Part shown: positions 27,495 to 32,000 of the stretch, one piece after another
How the letters are laid out: every line of letters begins with the position of its first letter
How positions within the stretch are numbered: position 1 is the stretch's first letter
Source: Candidatus Saccharimonas aalborgensis
GTDB taxonomy: Bacteria; Patescibacteriota; Saccharimonadia; Saccharimonadales; Saccharimonadaceae
Assembly: GCF_000392435.1 (NCBI RefSeq)
Contig: NC_021219.1
Location: 450,001 to 482,000 of the forward strand
DNA length: 32,000 bases
Direction of reading: 5' to 3'
Position numbers and translations under genes: made by a program
Notes under the pieces: generated by a model
What the model saw: only the letters and a program-made list of their open reading frames with translations
The model's database searches: none
What the model was told of the DNA's origin: nothing

Positions 27495-27707
27495 GTCTCG
27501 AACACTGCATCAGGGGTAAACGCTACAAATGGGACACGAAAACTGGTACTGTCCGATGAAGAAAAACGACGGCTTGTTCAGTACCTTTCGTTACTTATTG
27601 AGATGGATTTAGTAATTAAGAGAGGATTTTCTATGAATTTCAAATAACCCTTTCTGTGTACCTTGCGTAAGGGGTATAGTTATTGTGGGAGATGTTTATT
27701 AAAGGAC

Positions 27708-29690
27708 ATGGTAGACTCACAGAAACAGAATAGCCGACTGAACACCGCTATCAGTAATGCCGGTCGACGCTACAACACTGAAGTTAACCTACAGATCCAT
27801 AATATCTTAGGCAGTCTCTATGCCTTAAATCGTGATTCTCGGTATATTACCGACCTACTGAAGTTAGCTTATAAATTAAAGCATCAAGTCGCATACCGTA
27901 TCGCCGACCACAAAGATAAGAATGCAGAAATAGTCAAGCTTAAAAGAGACATAGATAATCTAGTGGCAAGTCTAATAGCTATTAAGAACAAAAATAAAAA
28001 TCAAAACATACGTTGGAAAAGCATTCTAACAAAACTCGATGATACGGCCAGTGCTATGTATGAGCTATATAGATTCCTTAAAGATCTTCAAGATGAAGAG
28101 CGAAAAGGAGATCCATATGCAAAAACTACGGTAGAAACCGGAAATACTTGGTCAGCGTATCAAGCGTTAAATGACATTAAAGAGTTCTTAAGCGACAAAA
28201 GAACGAGGTTATTCAATACACCACGCATGATTCTACGTGGCGATGCCGGTATTGGAAAAACACATTTATTATGCGACTATGCCAAGTCACGCATAGATAC
28301 AGGCAAACCCACATTAATATTCCTGGCACACGAACTATCCGCATCTACTAGTACCGATCCAATAGAGTGTATGGCTTCGTTGCTGCAGTGCAGGACTAAG
28401 AAAGCTTTTCTGGATGACTTACAAAAATTGACAACAAAATCTATGGATAGAGTCTGCATAATAATTGATGCTGTCAATGAGGCAGATCAAATGGACTGGT
28501 CGGCACTTAAACAACTATTTTCTATAAGTAATCTCTCTGTCGTCGTCAGTGTACGCAATGGATATGAGAGTGTTATCAAGAATACCAATCAATACACAAC
28601 AATTGAGCACTACGGATTTGCTGATATGGAGTGGGAGGCTATAGATACCTTCTTCAAGCATCACAAGATGAAACTTCCAGAGATACCAATTGTAGATCCA
28701 GAGTTCAGAAATCCTCTATTCTTATCTATATTCTGTGAATCCTATGCTGGTAAAAAAGATAAAACGCCGAGGGGTCATGGGGCTACCCATGTTTTTGAGA
28801 TATATGTGGAAACTCAATCGAAAAAGATTTTGGAAGAGATTGGGCTAGATAAATTACCTAAAGACTATCTGTGGAAGAATGTCATCAAGAAGATGGGCAT
28901 CCTTATGGGCAACAGCGGCAACCCTCATGTCACAAAAACGGAACTATTAAGCATTATTCGTAATGATACAAAACTGATATCACACGACGATAAGCTTATT
29001 CCGCTGATGGAGCACCATGGACTAGTTATGAAGTATCCAAAATATAATAAAAATTATAAGCGAAACGGCTATTACTATGGATTCACCTACAACCGGTTTA
29101 GTGACCACCTAATAGTACGTTCTATACTCACAGAGAATAAAATTGATACAAGAGAAAAGGCCGAGAGATTCTTCAAAGACGGTAAATTTCTAGACAATAA
29201 CCTTTTTAATGTTGGCCTGCTTGAAGCATTGTCTATCCAGCTACCCGAAAGGTGCAATAAAACAGAGTTGGTATGGGCGGTACCAAAGAAATACCGTGAC
29301 AGCAGCAGTGTAAAAACAGCCTTTCTGGGTGGAGTTAAATGGCGTGATGTAGATTCAATTGACAAGAAGACTGGGGGTCTAAAATTCATAGACGAAACGC
29401 AGGTCATAAAATACATGAACGATTTTTTCACACACTCACGATATGACTTTAATAATGTTATGGATTGCATATTGGACGTATGCGCTATACCATCACACCC
29501 ACTCAACGCCCTACGATTACATAAAATACTAAGCAAGCATACCCTCCCTCATAGAGACGCGTGGTTACAAGAGTTTTTGCTGCATAGATCATACGAAGAT
29601 GGAAACGCAATAAACAGATTACAGTCTTGGAGTCTTAGTAGTCTAGTAAGTCATGCTAGTGTCGAATCTACTGAGCTAGCCAGCAACGGC
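27708..29690 (+). CDS. N-terminal part of chimeric ORF: STAND/NACHT-like NTPase, apparently C-terminally truncated
   Basis: Walker A GDAGIGKTHLLCDYA, Walker B-like VCIIIDAVNEADQMDW, FRNPLFLSIFCESY; ATG 27708 after AAAGGA SD (track start 27663 is TTG). End coordinate is the approximate domain switch, not a stop. Confidence 0.75.
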
Positions 29691-30968
29691 GCAAGTCGGA
29701 CAGAGTCTGGCTACATCATCGATACCACCTCACCCGTGGTGACAATTACCGCACCTGCTGCCATCACGCTCGCAAACCAGTCCTCCTACCCGCTTGCTGG
29801 TTCCTGCACAAATGGTGATGGGGATGTGTCGGTCGTGATAAATGGCATCACTCACACCACTGCCTGTAGCGGCGGTAGCTGGTTGCTGACGCTTGACATG
29901 TCCTCGCTTCCAGATGCTTCTCCGGCTCTCACGGTGACAGCCAGCCAAACAGATGCAGCGGGCAATACGGGCAACGCCGGACCTCAAACAGCCCTCAAAG
30001 ATACTGTTGCGCCAACTGCCAGCATAACTCCACTCCTCAGCAACTCGGGCTCACCAGCCCTCTCTGGCGCTGTCTCAGACCCATCAGCGACGGTTACCGT
30101 AACTGTCAATGGTACGACATACACCGCTACCAACAACGGCGACGGCACCTGGAGTCTGCCAGCTGGTACGATAGCACCAGCACTTGCCGACGGGCCCTAT
30201 GACATCGTCATAACGGCAACTGACGGCGTGGGCAATACGGGTACCGACAGCACAGCCGACGAGCTAACGATAGACAAAACTGCTCCAACCGGTTCGCTTG
30301 CTCCGGTGGCTCCGGGTATTACCAACAGCCCAGCCCTCTCTGGCACCGTTTCAGATCCTTCGGCGATTGTCACCGTGACTGTCGATGGCACGACATACAC
30401 CGCTACCAACAACGGCGACGGCACCTGGAGTCTGCCAGCTGGCACGATAGCACCGGCACTGAACCCTGGCACGTACGATGTGGTTGTTTCATTCACAGAC
30501 ACCGCCGGTAACACGTCAACCGACCCGACAACCAATGAGCTGGTTATCCAGCGTAGCGATGCCGACCTCCCAACGGTGAATCCACTCAGCGCCTCAGGCG
30601 GCCAGCCGATTATTACCGGAACCTATGACGCCGAAAACAGCCAAAGCCTGTCAGTCACCGTCAATGGTGTTGCGTACGTGCTCGGGGTTGCAACACAGCT
30701 TACGGTCAGCGGCAATACCTGGAGGCTCGATCTTAGTTCGCTGAGCCCAGCACTTCCTGCTGGCGCTTATGACGTGAAGGTAGCAGTTACGACACGAGGA
30801 GGAGCGGTGCTTGGCGATAGTACAGCAGCAGAGCTAGTACTGAGTGCGCCAGCAAACCCCCTAGCCAGTACTGGATTATCCATCATTGTGCCGACAGTCT
30901 TCGGACTGGCACTCATTGTCACGAGCATGGTGCTTATATATCGCGCGAAACAACACAATAAGTTCTAG
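29691..30968 (+). CDS. C-terminal part of the same ORF: tandem bacterial Ig-like repeats, LASTG sortase-like motif, TM helix, basic tail
   Basis: TSPVVTITAPA..., SPALSGAVSDPSATVTVTVNGTTYTATNNGDGTWSLPAGTIAPAL (x2), NPLASTGLSIIVPTVFGLALIVTSMVLIYRAKQHNKF. Confidence 0.85.
   Translation, partial: ASRTESGYIIDTTSPVVTITAPAAITLANQSSYPLAGSCTNGDGDVSVVINGITHTTACSGGSWLLTLDMSSLPDASPALTVTASQTDAAGNTGNAGPQTALKDTVAPTASITPLLSNSGSPALSGAVSDPSATVTVTVNGTTYTATNNGDGTWSLPAGTIAPALADGPYDIVITATDGVGNTGTDSTADELTIDKTAPTGSLAPVAPGITNSPALSGTVSDPSAIVTVTVDGTTYTATNNGDGTWSLPAGTIAPALNPGTYDVVVSFTDTAGNTSTDPTTNELVIQRSDADLPTVNPLSASGGQPIITGTYDAENSQSLSVTVNGVAYVLGVATQLTVSGNTWRLDLSSLSPALPAGAYDVKVAVTTRGGAVLGDSTAAELVLSAPANPLASTGLSIIVPTVFGLALIVTSMVLIYRAKQHNKF
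30115..30454 (+). repeat. DNA-level repeat units of the Ig-like domains, period 276 bp (92 aa)
   Basis: 30115-30178 and 30391-30454 (64 bp) match except one T/C difference (agctggTacg vs agctggCacg). Confidence 0.85.
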
Positions 30969-31046
30969 TAGGGCCTCATCAATCTTTCCTCCCTTTATGT
31001 TGTCGTGTAGCTCTGTAGTGCATCGTAGCACTGAATGGAAAATTGC

Positions 31047-31442
31047 CTATTTCTCAGTGACGTTGACTGTAACGGTTTGTTCACCGCGACCATATTTACT
31101 GTCGCAAGTAAGATGAAAAGTGTACGGCCTTACATCATTCAGGCGTCCAGTACTAGCACTTCCCGTCGAAGTTTTCTCGCCGCTCCAGTCTCCATCCGCC
31201 TTACAACTTTGTGCCGCTCCAACAACAGACCAATTAAGTACACTATACTGTCCAACCACCTGCTGTTGTGGTTCGACGGACAATGTGATGACAGGAGGAG
31301 TACCTTGTGCTCCCGATGTTACAACAACCGAGCTATCATTAACATTGTTAATCTTTGAGAAAAACACCCCCTTCACCAAGATAAGACCCGTAACAGCCAT
31401 TGTTACAATTATCACAACACCGACAGTTCTCTTTATCCACAT
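31047..31442 (-). CDS. Small membrane-anchored/exported protein, hypothetical
   Basis: N-terminal TM VGVVIIVTMAVTGLILVKGVFF, then Ig-like PPVITLSVEPQQQVVGQYSVLNWSVVGAAQSCKADGDWSG. Confidence 0.7.
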   Translation of the reverse strand: MWIKRTVGVVIIVTMAVTGLILVKGVFFSKINNVNDSSVVVTSGAQGTPPVITLSVEPQQQVVGQYSVLNWSVVGAAQSCKADGDWSGEKTSTGSASTGRLNDVRPYTFHLTCDSKYGRGEQTVTVNVTEK

Positions 31443-31454
31443 ATATCCTCCATA

Positions 31455-32000
31455 TTACATTGAAAATTCTTCGCTATGTATACTAGTACGGGGAACGCCC
31501 CTGTCTTGAAGTTGCACTTTCAGCGCTCGCATCATGCTAGGAGGACCGCATAAGTACACGTCTCGTCCCACAATGGTTCCTGAAACTCTCTCTATATAAT
31601 CAAGGTCAAGTAATGACCCTTGTTCATCCCCGATAAAGGGCACAACACAAAGGACATCTCTTCTGAGGGCCACCTCACTCGCAAGGAGCTCCCAGTCAAT
31701 TATTTCGCTCCTGGTCTTAACTGAATAGAACAAATATACCCTGTACCCGACCGAAGGCAAATCTTTGATCATCGAAATGAACGGAGTGATTCCTATACCT
31801 CCGGCGATCCACACCTGATCCCTGTTGTCATAGTTGGCATAGTTGAATTTTCCGTACGCACCCTCAACTTCTGCGATTGTGCCGGGCTGTACCTGCAAGA
31901 GCCTACTTGTGTAATCGCCTAAGGACTTAATTGACAATTGCAAATCCGAGTCTACCTGTGAGGATGATGATATTGAAAAAGGGTGCCACTCCCGGCCAAC
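31455..32000 (-). CDS. FAD/NAD(P)-binding oxidoreductase (ferric reductase / ferredoxin reductase-like), partial at right edge
   Basis: Frame stays open to the edge with EWHPFSISSSS (FAD motif), GGIGITPFISMI, YLCGPPSMMRAL. Confidence 0.88.
   Translation of the reverse strand, partial: VGREWHPFSISSSSQVDSDLQLSIKSLGDYTSRLLQVQPGTIAEVEGAYGKFNYANYDNRDQVWIAGGIGITPFISMIKDLPSVGYRVYLFYSVKTRSEIIDWELLASEVALRRDVLCVVPFIGDEQGSLLDLDYIERVSGTIVGRDVYLCGPPSMMRALKVQLQDRGVPRTSIHSEEFSM

Larger units (their letters stand above)
15800..27600. mobile_element. Probable integrative mobile element (ends not resolved)
   Basis: Serine recombinase, gpII-like Rep, excisionase-like HTH, XRE regulator, SpoVG-like protein and type III R-M cargo clustered together; no att repeat could be identified by eye. 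Confidence 0.6.

Noticed and set aside
27495-27662. Search for an att core repeat shared with the left intergenic region (15780-16135)
   Set aside because: Only short matches seen (GTAAACG, GGGGTAT); too short to call an attachment site by eye.
29730-30535. Minus-strand ORFs 29730-29987 and 30197-30535
   Set aside because: Shadows of the repetitive Ig-like coding region on the plus strand.
1-32000. CRISPR arrays, tRNA or rRNA genes
   Set aside because: No regularly spaced short repeats and no recognisable tRNA/rRNA sequence were seen on visual reading; tRNAscan-SE or Infernal should confirm.

Overview
This looks like a 32 kb window from a small-genome monoderm bacterium, possibly Candidatus Saccharibacteria/Patescibacteria (lineage is inferred from gene style only). 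Left part (1-15.8 kb): (i) an EcoRI-type adenine methyltransferase translationally coupled to a DUF262 protein that runs off the left edge; (ii) a GIY-YIG / P-loop (zeta-like) / DUF2188 trio; (iii) YitT, ATP-grasp and RRM genes; (iv) a heliorhodopsin; (v) a tightly overlapped minus-strand operon (about 7.5-13.7 kb, plus two flanking genes to 14.9 kb) combining an NrtR-like NUDIX regulator, a GTP-cyclohydrolase-II-like protein, an orphan TrpF-like isomerase, an unassigned 420-aa protein with a PRPP-loop-like motif, a cyclase/formamidase-family hydrolase, an Apt-like phosphoribosyltransferase, a HAD phosphatase and a P-loop nucleoside-kinase-like protein. This is the best candidate for an undescribed pathway, perhaps making or processing an unusual nucleotide. 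Middle part (about 15.8-27.6 kb): a probable integrative element with DUF4238, aldo/keto reductase, a type III R-M system (mod/res) with a divergent 87-aa XRE controller and two matching TGCTAAC-N5-GTTAGYA operators, an excisionase-like HTH, a SpoVG-like protein, a gpII-like Rep and a large serine recombinase. Right part: one 1101-codon ORF fusing a STAND-like NTPase to an Ig-repeat surface-protein tail (a biological or assembly chimera), then a small exported protein and an FAD/NAD reductase running off the right edge. All product names come from reading motifs by eye; no database search was possible.
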